NCBI GenBank assembly: GCA_043228905.1
Contig: JBHGNT010000012.1
Coordinates: 10,292,001-10,356,000, forward strand
Reading direction: 5' to 3'
DNA: 64,000 bases
DNA from: Azolla caroliniana
Taxonomy: Eukaryota; Plantae; Polypodiophyta
The notes beneath the pieces were generated by a model. It saw nothing but the letters and a program-made list of their open reading frames with translations, made no database searches and was not told the origin of the DNA. The number at the start of each line of letters is the position of its first letter. The stretch's first letter is position 1. Both the position numbers and the translations under genes were made by a program. Positions 1-11,730 of the stretch are shown here, piece by piece.

Positions 1-85
1 GGAAAGCTGGAACTCCAGAGGTAAGGGAAAAGAAAAGGCGACTCCGGCATTCAAGCTCGCCTCGGACATAGAACAACAAACCGAC

Positions 86-765
86 TTGAAAAGAGTGTTC
101 GAGGAAAGAATCTTGGATAGCCGGGTAGATTTCTCGCTTCGGGAGCTACTCGGAATAGCAAAGAAGGAGTTCCACGATCTTCTCGTGGATCTCGTGAAGC
201 GAAAAAGACAAAGTACGGAGGAAAATGCTCCGAGGGTGAATGCGAACACCGTTTTAATGAACGACACCGAAGTGGAGGACGAAATTCCGAACTCCCACTA
301 TACAAGGCCACATTGGGCACGCGCGACTACGGAGACTCCGGTCCGAATCGGCAACATCAAAGAACCCGTGCTAGCATTGATTGATCACAGATCGGAGATC
401 AACTTGATGTCCAAGGAGTTCTACCGGAAGGGGAAGTGGCCTATTAACACCAACCATGGATGGAAGATTCGGGCGGCCACCAAAGCAACGGAAGATCTAT
501 TTGCGACTTGTCCGGATGTGACGATGAAGATCGGGGATGTCGAGATCGACCAAAATTTCTTCGTGCAAGATGAGGTTTCACATTCCGTCATCCTCGGCCC
601 TTTATCACGGCATCACTGATGGAGACGAAGGTGCTCGATAGCGGTGCGGCTTTTGCACGAATTCGGAGCCAAAACGGTGGGAAATCCGTCCAATTCCTAA
701 CGGTGCCGGCAAATCACGAAAGGAACAAGAAGGAACTCTTGTCCCAAGTGAGAATGGATTTTTAA
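86..765 (+). pseudogene. Element A Gag C-terminus and aspartic protease (frameshift near 597)
   Basis: ALIDHRSEINLM protease-like motif and VILG; a small deletion shifts the frame, which continues FITASLMETKVLD...VRMDF to TAA at 763-765. Confidence 0.8.
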
Positions 766-3700
766 AGCGGACTGTTGTGGAGTGGGGAAGTGATAGTCCG
801 AGAAGCCCTGATACCCCACACAGGAAGAAAACTCTCGGAGCAAAACATGTACGAATCGGTCTGGATGGGGCATCTACGTACACGACCGTAACCGGAGGAT
901 TGAAGAAAGGATACCGACAAGTGGAGGATAAGTTGCGGTCGGCATCAATAGTAAAAGAAGATGAAGAAATCGTGGGGATAGTCGAAGAAGTGTTCTATGG
1001 GAGCACGCTACAACGACTTGAAGAGCTTGCGGAAGATAAAAGCCAAGGGAACCGGGTAGTCCCGGTGGAATCGGTCGAGATGTACGAGATCATTGCGAAA
1101 ATGGAGCCGGATACGCTACGCAAAGAAGAAGCAATGGTAAGTACGAAATACAAGACCGTGGAGAAGAAGGTGAAACCGGCCGCGGGACCACTACCCGCCA
1201 ATACCGAACAAAAGAGGAAAGAAGTCTCGGGAGACCCGACACTTCGGAAGACCGTGGATATCGGACATGCCTTCACGGATGAGACCCGGAAGAAACTTCG
1301 GATCGGTGGAGGTGGGTTCCTATTACAAAAAGAAGAAGAACGGTTTCGCGAGATGTTGGAGCAATACGGCAAAGCATTTGCATTTACATCAAGGGAGATA
1401 GGGTGCGTCGATCCGAGAATAGTGGAGCCGATGGTGATCTTTACGATTGACCATGTACCGTGGAACCTGAAGCCGACTCCGGTGCCACGAGCGCATATTC
1501 CGAAAGTCATTGACTTGCTCAAGGCGAAGGTGGCGATGGAGATTCTAGAGCCATCAACTGCTCCGTACTCAAATCGATGGTTTACGGTTCCGAAGAAGAA
1601 TGGGTCACTCCGATTTATCCAAGACTTGCAACCGGTGAATAAGGTCACGATCCGGAACTCGGGAGTCGGTCCGATAGTGGACGAATTTGCGGAAGCTTTT
1701 GCCGGTCGTGCGATATACTCCATCGGAGACCTATACTCGGGGTATGACCAATTCCAACTAGCCGTGGAGAGCCGAGACATCACAACCATGCGAACACCGA
1801 TAGGATTAGTCCGAATGTGCACACTACCACAAGGAGCGACAAACTCGGTTGCTCATATGATGAACGCGATGAACAAGGTGCTTCGAGACTGCATTCCGGA
1901 GATAACGATGTCGTTCCTCGATGACCTTCCGATGAAAGGATGCGCGGTAGAAGAAAAAGATGAGACTATGGATGATCGGGGATGCCGAAAGTTCGTGGTC
2001 GACCATATTCATGATTGCGAGAAAGTGTTGCGAAAGCTAGAAGATGTGCACCTAACACTTTCCGGGGAGAAATCGGCATTTGGGCAAGAAGAAATATTGG
2101 TGGTCGGACATCTATGTGGGCCCTACGGCCGAAGACCGTCACCAACAAAGATCGATGCGATTCAAGCTATGGAGGAAGTATGCGAGTCAACATCCGAAGT
2201 CCGAAGGTTTCTCGGTGCATGTGCATTCTATCACATATGGATTCCGCACTATGCACATATAGCGGATCCGCTCTACCACTTGTTGCGGAAAGGTAAGAAA
2301 TTCGAATGGAAACCGGAACACACCAAAGCCATGAAGAAATTGAAGAAGACACCTCGGAGGGCAGAAGCACTTAAGAAGCCGAGCTATGACCGACCGATCA
2401 TAGTAACGGTTGATACAAGTCCAACCGGTATCGGGTGGGTCATCAATCAAGCCGACTCGGATGATTCGCGGTATCCGATCCGATTCGGAGCAAAGGTTCT
2501 CAACGAAAGGCAACGTGGATATGCGCAAGTCAAAAGAGAACTGTGGGGAGTCGTGTCGGCGATAAAATCGGATCGGGATTATTTGATCGGAGCCGAAGTG
2601 GTGATCGAAACGGATTGTCTTCTGATACTCGGGATGATGCGGTGTTGTAGGATACCGGATGTAGCTATGCTAAGGTGGGTTGCATATGTCAAGTCGCTTA
2701 ATCCGGAGGTTCGACACATCTCGGGGAAGGACAACGCGGTAGCGGATATGTTATCAAGGGCTCGGTTCGGAGACGACATAACCGAATCGGATAATGATGA
2801 AGTTTCCGAAGACTACTTCGCGTCGGAGCACATATGCCGAGTAAACGTAATTCGGGAATTCCGGGAAGAAGAATACGAGGGAGAAAGCTTGATGATCGGG
2901 AAGATATTACAAGAGGCCGAGGATTCAACAAACGATAAAGGAAGAAGAGCCAAGATCCGAAGGAAGAAGAGACAAGTCCAAAAGTTCTTCTTGGAAAACG
3001 GATTAATATGGAGGGCGCCGAAAAGACCGGATGGTATACCACTTCGAGTAGTCGGAACAAAAGAGCAACGAAACCGGATAATGTCCGAGTTTCACGAATC
3101 CGATTGGGCTGGACACCGAGGAACATGGGCAACATTTGTGAAGATCAAGCAAAAATATTGGTGGAAGAAAATGTACAAAGATGTCACGGAGTTCACGGAG
3201 TTCACGGAAAGCTGCGAGAAATGTCAAGTCTACTCCAGGGTTCGACATCGAGATGAGTTACATCCGACATTCTCACCGACAATCAACTTCAAGTGGATGG
3301 TTGACATAGTGGCCATGCCGACCGGGATCGGACAAAAGAAATACTTGGTATTAGCTCGGGAAGATCTCACGAATCAAGTAGAAGGTCGAGCGCTTCAGAG
3401 GAAAACGTGTTCCGCGGTATGCCAATTTCTTTTGGAGGAAGTATTTTGCAGGTACGGGTGCGTAGGACAAGTGATTGCGGACCGGGGAGAACTCGACTCG
3501 GACAAAGCTAGGGGATTCTTCGTTAAACACGGAGTTCGGTTATCGCTGACAACGGCATACAATCCGGAGGCCAACGGGAAAATCGAACGAGGACATAGTC
3601 CGATCGTGAAAGCACTTGCGAAGGCATGCGATGGAAAGGTGAAGGACTGGCCGTAGATGCTTCCGTATGCACTATGGGCGGATCGGACGACGCATAGTTC

Positions 3701-4406
3701 CATAACCGGTTACATGCCGGTAGAACTCATGACCGGACAAGCACCGGTAATGCCGAGGGAAACCGCGATCGCAACATGGACAGTGCTACCGTGGAAGGAA
3801 GAGATGAGCCGGGAAGAACTACTAGCGGTCCGGATACGACAACTAGAGGGAAAACCGGCAGACATAGCAGAAGCAATACGCCGACAACAAGAAGCACGAT
3901 TAAGGAACAAAAGCCGGTTCGACACAAAGCACCGACTACGACCGAGGAGGATTGAAGAAGGAGATTGGGTGATCGTCTATGACAGTAGTTTGGACCATCA
4001 ACATACAACGATGCGGAAATTCGCGAAAAGGTGGTTCGGGCCATACGAGGTTCAGAAAGTCTTCGACAACAGAACGTACCGACTGTCCGAGTTGGATGGA
4101 ACAATACTACGAGTGCCTATAGCCGGGAAGTGGGTGAAGATTTTCAAGAAGCGGACCGACGACAAACCCTATGTGATCCAAGCCAAGGCCGACAACGAGG
4201 AGCAATCGGATGAAGACCACGGTGATGCGAGAAGCGAAGAAAGTGGATTACAACTCATAGTCGGCATAAGGGGAGAATCGGAGGAAGCTTTGGGTGAAGA
4301 CGGATATGGGGGATCGAGAACTTCGGCACATACCGGAGGATGTGCGGGTTCGGAGGGGGCGAATGTCGTAGTGTATTCCGCACACTACGTGAAAACCATA
4401 AAATAA
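756..4406 (+). pseudogene. Element A Pol (RT, RNase H, integrase) with premature TAG at 3654-3656
   Basis: RT motifs DLYSGYDQ, LPQGATNS, FLDD; RNase H VDTS, KRELWGV, NAVADMLSR; integrase HHCC, ADRGE, NGKIER, WFGPYEV. ORF 3657-4406 continues in the same frame after the stop. No chromodomain. Confidence 0.92.
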
Positions 4407-5068
4407 TATATCCGATTTTAGATACATATAACTAGATAAATAATATATCAAATGAATTTATCACGTGCATAGGGCAGGATTCGAACCATGCACCTCCACG
4501 TAGATAAACCCCAACTTTACCATTGTAATAACTTATCTTTAGTATTATAAATATAGATTTAATACGTATAAGACCTTTATTTACACATACCTTTATTAAA
4601 AGGTAAAAATCATGTATTCTTTAGAGTGTGAATATTTTATTTACACGTGACATTAAAAGTGACTCATGCACATCTAGCGTGCATGAGCCCTATATTTAGG
4701 AAATGACAAAGCATCACATGCACATTTAGTGTGCATGGACACTTTAGGTGAAAAAGCATGAAGCCATGCTTAGCCTCTTTCATCTTTATATAAGGAGGAG
4801 AGAAATATGTATATGGTTGTTGATTAATATACAAGGATTGATCAATCTAATATATTCGTGGGATTCACGAATTTTGCCATCTAAATTACTCTTATAATCT
4901 AAATATTATTTGAATTACACTAAACTCGTGGGATTCACGAGATTCCTATCTTACTTCTCTTCCTATTATTCATAACTAGCCTTAAGTGTTATTCCTCTTC
5001 CTCCTAGTCCAAAACCTCGGCGGTTCCCACCTGACTCACGCAACGATCCGGAGCCGAAGGGCTCGACA
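4364..5068 (+). repeat. 3' LTR of element A (705 bp)
   Basis: Follows the PPT; TGTCG...CGACA termini; TATA-like TTTATATAAG near 4785. Confidence 0.88.
4466..4535 (-). other. Degenerate tRNA-like (A-box/B-box) cassette in LTR A
   Basis: Minus strand reads TACAATGGTAAAG...GGTGCATGGTTCGAATCCTGC; 34 nt between the D-loop GG and TTCGA; anticodon and acceptor stems decayed. Confidence 0.6.
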
Positions 5069-7790
5069 ACGGCATAGAATGTCGTCAGGCTTTCAACTAC
5101 TTGGCCGAGAAAGTGCCCCGCTTGGTCGCTTATTAATTCGATTGGGCATCCGTAACGACACCAGATGTATTCGTATAGAAATTTTGTCGTTGATGCAACG
5201 GTGTTGTCTTTTAAGGTTTTGGCCTCCACCCATTTCGTGCAGTAATCCGTCGCAACGATGACATACCGATTACCTGTTCTCATTGTCGGTGTTTTGAACG
5301 GTCCAACAAAGTCCAGCCCCCACTTTTGGAATGGTTCGAGCGGTAGTACAGGCTGGTGTGGCATCCGAGCTTGCTCCGTTGGCTGGCCCATTCGCTGGCA
5401 TAGGTCACATTCTTTTGCGTACCATACAACATCTCTTAATGTAGTTGGCCACCATAGGCCACTTTGCCATATTTTCCTGGCCGTCGCATCTCCGGCATAG
5501 TGACCTCCGGCAACTCCGCAGTGGGCTTCCCTCAATATGAGGTCCTTTTCATCGCTGCGCACAGCCCGTCTCCATATGCCGTCCGCGCCCCTGTGGTAAA
5601 GTGTGTCTTGCAGTAAGCAGAAATGTCGGCTTTGCACCGCCAGGCGTTTCCTTTCGTCCCGGTTCATCTCCTCCGGAGGCAGTCCTGTACTCAGAAACTG
5701 GTGCATATTTGTGAGCCACTTGTCTTCCTGTGCCACCGTTTGATCTGCTGCCGTTTCCGTAGTGACTCGAAACAACTCCGCATCCGGAAACTCGTCCGCT
5801 ACTCCGTCGCCCGTCTCTCCGGACTCTAATCGGCTTAAATAATCCGCTACGGCATGCTGTATACCGGGTCGGTGGAATATTTCGAACTCGAATTCCTGTA
5901 ACACTAAGGTCCACCGGGCCAACTTACCGGTGAGTGACGCCTTGGACACCAGGTAGAGGAGTGCCGAATGATCTACATGGAAGGAAAACTTCCTTCCCAA
6001 TAAATAATGCCGAACCTTTGTCACATTGTAGATCATCCCTAGAGTTTCCCGTTCCGTGGTAGAGTAGTTTCGTTCCGGTTGGGATAGCTTTCGGCTGGCA
6101 TAGTACACTGGCCAGTACCACTTTGGCTCCGTAAGTTGCATCAGTGCACTTCCGATTGGGATGTCGGAGGCATCCACGAATACATGAAATTCTTTACTCC
6201 AATCCGGAGGCTGCACTACCGGTGCTTGCGACAATAGTACCTTGAGGGCCCTATATGCCCTATCCTCGGTGTCAGTCCACTGGAATGGTGTTCGATGTAC
6301 CGCGACATGGAATGGTGTAGCCAGGTCAGCCAAGTATCGGAGCATCTGGCTGTGCCACCGGATCTGGCCTAAGAACCGGCTCAATGCCTTTGTCGTTGCT
6401 GGCGCCGGTGCTTCTAATATGGCTTTCATTTTGTCTGGGTCAACGACAATGCCTTCCTTGCTCACAATATGTCCTAGTAGGGTTCCACTGGACATGCCAA
6501 ATACACACTTCGCCGGATTCAAGCTTAGCCGGTACGCTCTACACTTTTCAAGACAAAGACGGAGGTGCTGCAAATGATCCTTTTCCCGACTATAGACGGC
6601 AAAATCGTCAAGGAAAACCTACATAAAAGCCGGGATATATTCACCAAAGATTTCCATGATGATTCGTTGGAACGTTGCCGGCCACAAACACCCCCCATTC
6701 GGTGACGAAAGTCGTTTTCTCTTGGTCATCGGGGTGCATCCGGATCTGATTATACCCGTTGAATCCGTCTAGAAAGCTATAGACCTCATGGCCAGCGACG
6801 GCATCCAACACCCATCTGTGAACGGAAGTGGAAACGCATCCGTTACCGTAGCCGCATTCAGTTTCCGGTAGTCCACACAAACTCGAATTTTTCCGTTCTT
6901 CTTCGGTACGACTATGATCGGGCTCAGCCATGTCGCTTTCTTTACCAGACAGATAAAGCCAACTCTTAGCAGTTTGTCGATTTCCTCCTTGACTTTGGCG
7001 GCATAATTGGGATTCATCCGGTACCGTCTTTGTGCCACTGGTTTCGCGTCCTTGCTCAAGTGAATCTGATGCTGGTATAACTGAGGGTCGAGCCCTCACA
7101 TGTCTTCGTATGACCAGGCAAACACGTCGCGAAATTCCGTGAGAAGTGTGATCATTGCCGTTTTGTCTTCGGACTTCATCTCCTTGGCGATGTGCACCGG
7201 TTTTGCTTCGTCCGTGGTCCCTAGGTTCACCTCTTCAAGTTGCGACGCTTTTACGCGCTGTGAAACGGCCATTTCCCGTTCCAACGGTTCTTGCGCTTGC
7301 CGTAACTCTCGGATTGCATCCTTATCCGGTTCTGCTTCAGTCTCTTCCGGCTGCGGTAAGTATGGTGCTACTGCTTCGACAATGTCAATTTCGAAGAGGG
7401 GTACGATCTTCGGGTTTTCCTGCAAGTACTGAGCTTCTTCTTCATCAACTAACCCTTCTAGCATGTTGATGCACTCTGCATACAACAGTGTACATTCCTT
7501 GCCAGTGCTCGTCCTTGGCTGTGTTGGTACACGTACCTTGGCTTTTCCTCGCCGGAAGGTAATTATATTTTTCCTCCAATTATGTTTGATATGTGCCATT
7601 TTCAACCATGGCCGCCCCAGCAATAGCGGGTATGCGCCTTGTGCCTGTAATTGTGGCACTACTGTGGAGATGTGAAATGTATGACCGCCAACGGTGACTT
7701 CTAATTTACGTATTAATCCTGTTGGCCGCACTGAGCTTGTATCGGCCATCCGTAACCAGAACGGACACGGCTCCCACTCGTGGATTCCCC
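5069..7790 (-). pseudogene. Element B Pol (protease C-terminal part, RT, RNase H, integrase), frameshifted
   Basis: LLLGRPWL; CVDYRKLN, LDGFNGYNQI, FLDD; FVDASD, HAVADYLSR; HHCC, WGLDFVGP, ISDQAGHF. The protease DSG region appears deleted near 7800. Confidence 0.88.
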
Positions 7791-7811
7791 GGGCATCACA
7801 CGTCCGGAGAC

Positions 7812-9370
7812 TTATTCCATGCCCTTCGACCTTGTGGTCACCTGCTGCAAATCTGCCACTTTAGGGACTACCATATTTACTATCGGTCGTTTGTCATAGC
7901 TCTTCGTCGGGCATTGATTACTATAATGGCCTTCCTGTCGGTAGTAGTAGCAGTAGGCTTTCCGGGTATTGCTGGATTCGGCATTGTTTGTTGTACCCGG
8001 GGCAGGTCCTGTGGTAAGCGCGGGGTTTTGGGCCGGTTGGCTGCTTGAAGCTCCTTGTTCCGGATCCCGTGGGTGGCCGCCTTTTTTGAAATGCCGTTTT
8101 CTGTTATAGTTCTTCTTATTGTGGTACTCTTGACGAGGTTGGTCGTTATATCTGCCATATTCCTCCCGTTGCTGACGATACCCGGGGGAGTGCTCCCGGT
8201 CGTAATGTTCGTATCGTCTATTGTAATCCTGGTACTGATCATTTCTATCGTACCGGTCATAGTTATCCCGCTGATCACCATACCGGACATCATTCTCCCG
8301 TCGATCGCCATACCGGACATCCTGTGCCGATTGGTATCGGTCCATTCGCCGCCAGCGTTCCTCTTCTTCATCCCAGCTGCTGCGTGGCTCTATTTGTCGG
8401 ACGGGTGGTGCTTGCCGGTTCAATAGATTATACTCGCACCTATCCGTCGTATGACCCTTGGATTGACAGATTACACATTGCGTCCTCATAGTGCATTCTT
8501 GTGCCGAGTGTTCGGAATTCAAGCAGGTTGTGCACTATATTGCTTGCCGAAACCGGAGGTCTTCATCGGACGGTAACGCCCGTTGGAGTGCTCCCAGTGT
8601 GAGCCAGGAGCTTGTCTTTTCCATCTCTCTCACCCGGTCAATGACCTGGTCGATGGTACTTGCGCGGAAGTCAATTACCGTGCAAACCGTGTGTAGGGGT
8701 TCCTGGAGGGCATTTAGGAATATAGTCCGTAATTCCTCCTCCGGGGGTGCGCGGGCAAGCTGACTATGCATCCGTTGAAACCAGATGACAAACTGGGGAA
8801 TGCTCTCCCCTACCTCCTGTCGGATGGTATAAAACAAGCCCACCATTACTGTCTGGTCCACCTCCTTGTGGAAAAAATGCAAGAATTTAGCTATAAAATC
8901 TGTGAAGGTGGTGATGGTAGACAGGTCCTGCGTCCGGTGCCATCTTGCTACCGGTCCCTCCAATGTGACGCCAAATTCCGCTATCTTAGAGCGTTCCTCT
9001 TCCTCCGGGGTCAATCGCTGGGACACATGGTTTGCTTCCCATGTCTGTTCAAAGGCGTGAACATGAGCTTCCGCGTCCGGATCATCTCTATACTTGGAGT
9101 ACTGGAACGGCATGTCGTCGTCCGGTATCGGTGCGCGAGCTGGTGGTGTTGGTGGTCGTTCCTGGTTTTTCTCCGGCGTCGGTGGTCGTTCCTAATTTGT
9201 CTCCGACGTCAGTGGTCTTTCCTCTTCTTTTGGTGACGGAGGCTTCTCCTCCTCGACTTCCGGTGTCGGAGGTCGCTCTTCCTCTGCTTCTGGTTCCAGA
9301 GGTTCCAGCCTTAGCACTTCCGGTTCCGGTGTCAGTAAGGTGTCTGATCCTTCGTCCTCCGGTCCGCCCG
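7812..9370 (-). pseudogene. Element B Gag (central and C-terminal part)
   Basis: KYRDDPDAEAHVHAFEQTW retrotransposon gag domain; knuckles CVICQSKGHTTDRC and CYYYRQEGHYSNQC; in-frame stop near 8535. Confidence 0.85.
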
Positions 9371-9844
9371 TGTTATGTACACATAACGTTGGTGAGGGTA
9401 GGTCACTAATATTTACATTAGTGAAGGGTATGTTCACTATTATTAAAAAGGGGACTAATGATTGGATAGAATGAATGATATGTGCATGCACTATCATGAT
9501 TTAGACAACCAATGAATAGAGAGCCTTTTAGAAAGGCACATCTATTCAAGGGGCCTAGGAAAAGGTATAAATATGAGGCTTAGCTACCCTCATAAGGATC
9601 ATCACGTCGGAAGGCTGCTGGCGTAGACACCGGTGGTGCGGGCTAGGCTTTCGTCTCGACGATCGTGTTTATCTCTTCCAAGGTATTAGTCATCCTAATA
9701 TCCGGCGGTATGGGACGTCGGTGGTAGGTTGGCTATGTCTAGATCATAGCTCGGGGGTGGTCGGGTGGAACGGGTTCTTCTATCCAATCTATTTTCTTCC
9801 TTTTTACTTGATTTGGTCTATTGATTAGTAATAGACTCTTAACA
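9371..9844 (+). repeat. 5' LTR of element C
   Basis: TGTTA...TAACA, TATAAATA near 9566, followed by the tRNA-iMet PBS. Confidence 0.97.
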
Positions 9845-10089
9845 GTGGTATCAGAGCTTTTACTAACAATTTTTTTGTTGTTTTGATGTTTTTTGCGTGT
9901 GAGCGAGGGGGATCTAACAAGGCTCGTCATGCTCTTCTCAGGATCAAAACAACACTCTAAACCCGGTATTCTTCTTTTTTGATCTCTTCTCTTTTTTTAT
10001 TATGCGTTCTTTATGGTCGAATCAAATTGGTATTACGTTTTATTCTCTTTCTTTCTACCTCCTACTACGCTACGATTTTACTTATTATT

Positions 10090-10615
10090 ATGCATCGGGC
10101 CGAGCATGTTTGCACTAATCGCACACGCTCAACTCATGGCCTTTTGCATATTGCGATATATATCCCACTCTCTCCTCTCTTGAACTCTTACGATAATAAT
10201 TATTCTTGTGCATTGGGTCGAGCGTGTTTGCTCTAATCGCACACGCTTATCTCATGGCCGTTTTGCAGATGATGTTGAGTATACCACTCTTCCCCTCTAT
10301 GGAGCCATCACTTGGCCGATTCTTCTAAGGGATGATGTGGCCTTGACGAGGTGTATGTTGCCTACCTATGCCACTCTACTCTCTATTAAGCCATCAATTG
10401 GCCGATTCTATGGGATGTTGTGGCCTTGACAAGGTATATGTAGCTTACATATGCCACTTTCCTTTTTAATTAGCCATCAATTGGCCGATTCTAAGGGATG
10501 ATGTGGCCTTGACAAGGTATATGTAGCTTACATATGCCACTTTCCTCTTTAATTAGCCATTACTTGGCCGATTCTAGGGATATGTGGTGGTCTTGAGGAG
10601 GTGCATGTCAACTAC
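10090..10615 (+). repeat. Tandem repeats in the leader of element C
   Basis: Two copies of TGCATyGGGyCGAGCrTGTTTGCwCTAATCGCACACGC, then 4-5 copies of a ~70-100 bp unit GCCATCAATTGGCCGATTCTAAGGGATGATGTGGCCTTGAC. Confidence 0.85.
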
Positions 10616-11730
10616 CCTAGGGTTTCGTATCTTAGGGCATGTTTGATTCCATACACCTAATTGTTGATTATTCTAATTAAATTTTAATTTCATAAGTATT
10701 GTTTCACTTATATGATTTTCTAGTAATTATTATTTACCCGCCCACAATTAACTCTCCTTTTTCCACTTCCTTTTCATGTATAAAGTATTTACATCGTTTA
10801 TTTTAATGTAACCTTTACGTGTAGACTATTTTTTCGTATGGAGTGGCTTGTTGAACGATTTTTATTTTTTTTTCAACGGGTCATCTAGGTTTAACTCTTA
10901 TCATCAAGCCTTAGAAAACGAGTAAAACCATATGAGTTCCCTTATTGATGTTTTACTCATGGATTTGAGTATTACATCTTTGCGCACAACACCGTCATCA
11001 CTTGTATCAATTTGTGGCTTATGTCACAATTGTGCAAGTTATAACACTCATATTGGGATGTATATGTGCATACCTCGCACTTCCCATTTATTTGTGACAT
11101 TGTTTTTTTCGTAGGTAACACATGGGTTCTTTTTTTTTACCCTTGTTTTCGTCACTACTTAACTCTTATGAGTAGTGCCTTATTTTATCATTTTATCATC
11201 ACGTTTGCTTATTGCTCGCAAGACTAGAATATTACTTGTGAGTGCACTTGTTTTTTCACGTAATACACTTTCTCGACCATATAATACATGATGGGTTGGC
11301 ATTAATATAAGGCTATCTAGGAAATTTCATTGATGTAAGAACCATCGTTGAGCCTCGGGGAGCCGCCATGATTACTCAAGATAGAGATCCGAGAAATACA
11401 TCTTAGCTATGTTTTCCCCCATGGTTTTTAAAACACCATAGTGTTACCATAGTTATCGGATCTCGAATCACATCTCATATGTCTAGAGGGGTAAAGACAT
11501 GAGATACTTTCTTGGATAAAGTTCTTTCAATCAAAATTTCAAGCATTTGGCTTGGCTTGGTCGTTGGGAGTCTCACTTTGAGCTTCATCCCAAGCCCGAT
11601 GCAGTAAAAAATTGGTTATGTCGGTCGTGAGTTAGGTGGCCGAGCTGCTGCTTGGTGGCGTGGCCTAAGGACCGCAAAAAACTTACCCACAACTTGGGAA
11701 GGTTTCGTTGATGTTTTTAAGAAACAATTC

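Larger units (their letters stand above)
1..5068 (+). mobile_element. Ty3/gypsy LTR retrotransposon A (5' part outside window), inserted in the integrase of element B
   Basis: Domain order protease-RT-RNaseH-integrase; purine-rich GGAGGGGGCGAA at 4352-4363; 3' LTR with TGTCG...CGACA ends; element B integrase resumes at 5069. Confidence 0.92.

Noticed and set aside
3188-3207. FTEFTE repeat in the integrase
   Set aside because: Simple 9-bp slippage duplication.
995-3703. Minus-strand ORFs over element A, and similar shadow ORFs over B, E, F and G
   Set aside because: They are antisense shadows of gag-pol with no recognisable motifs.
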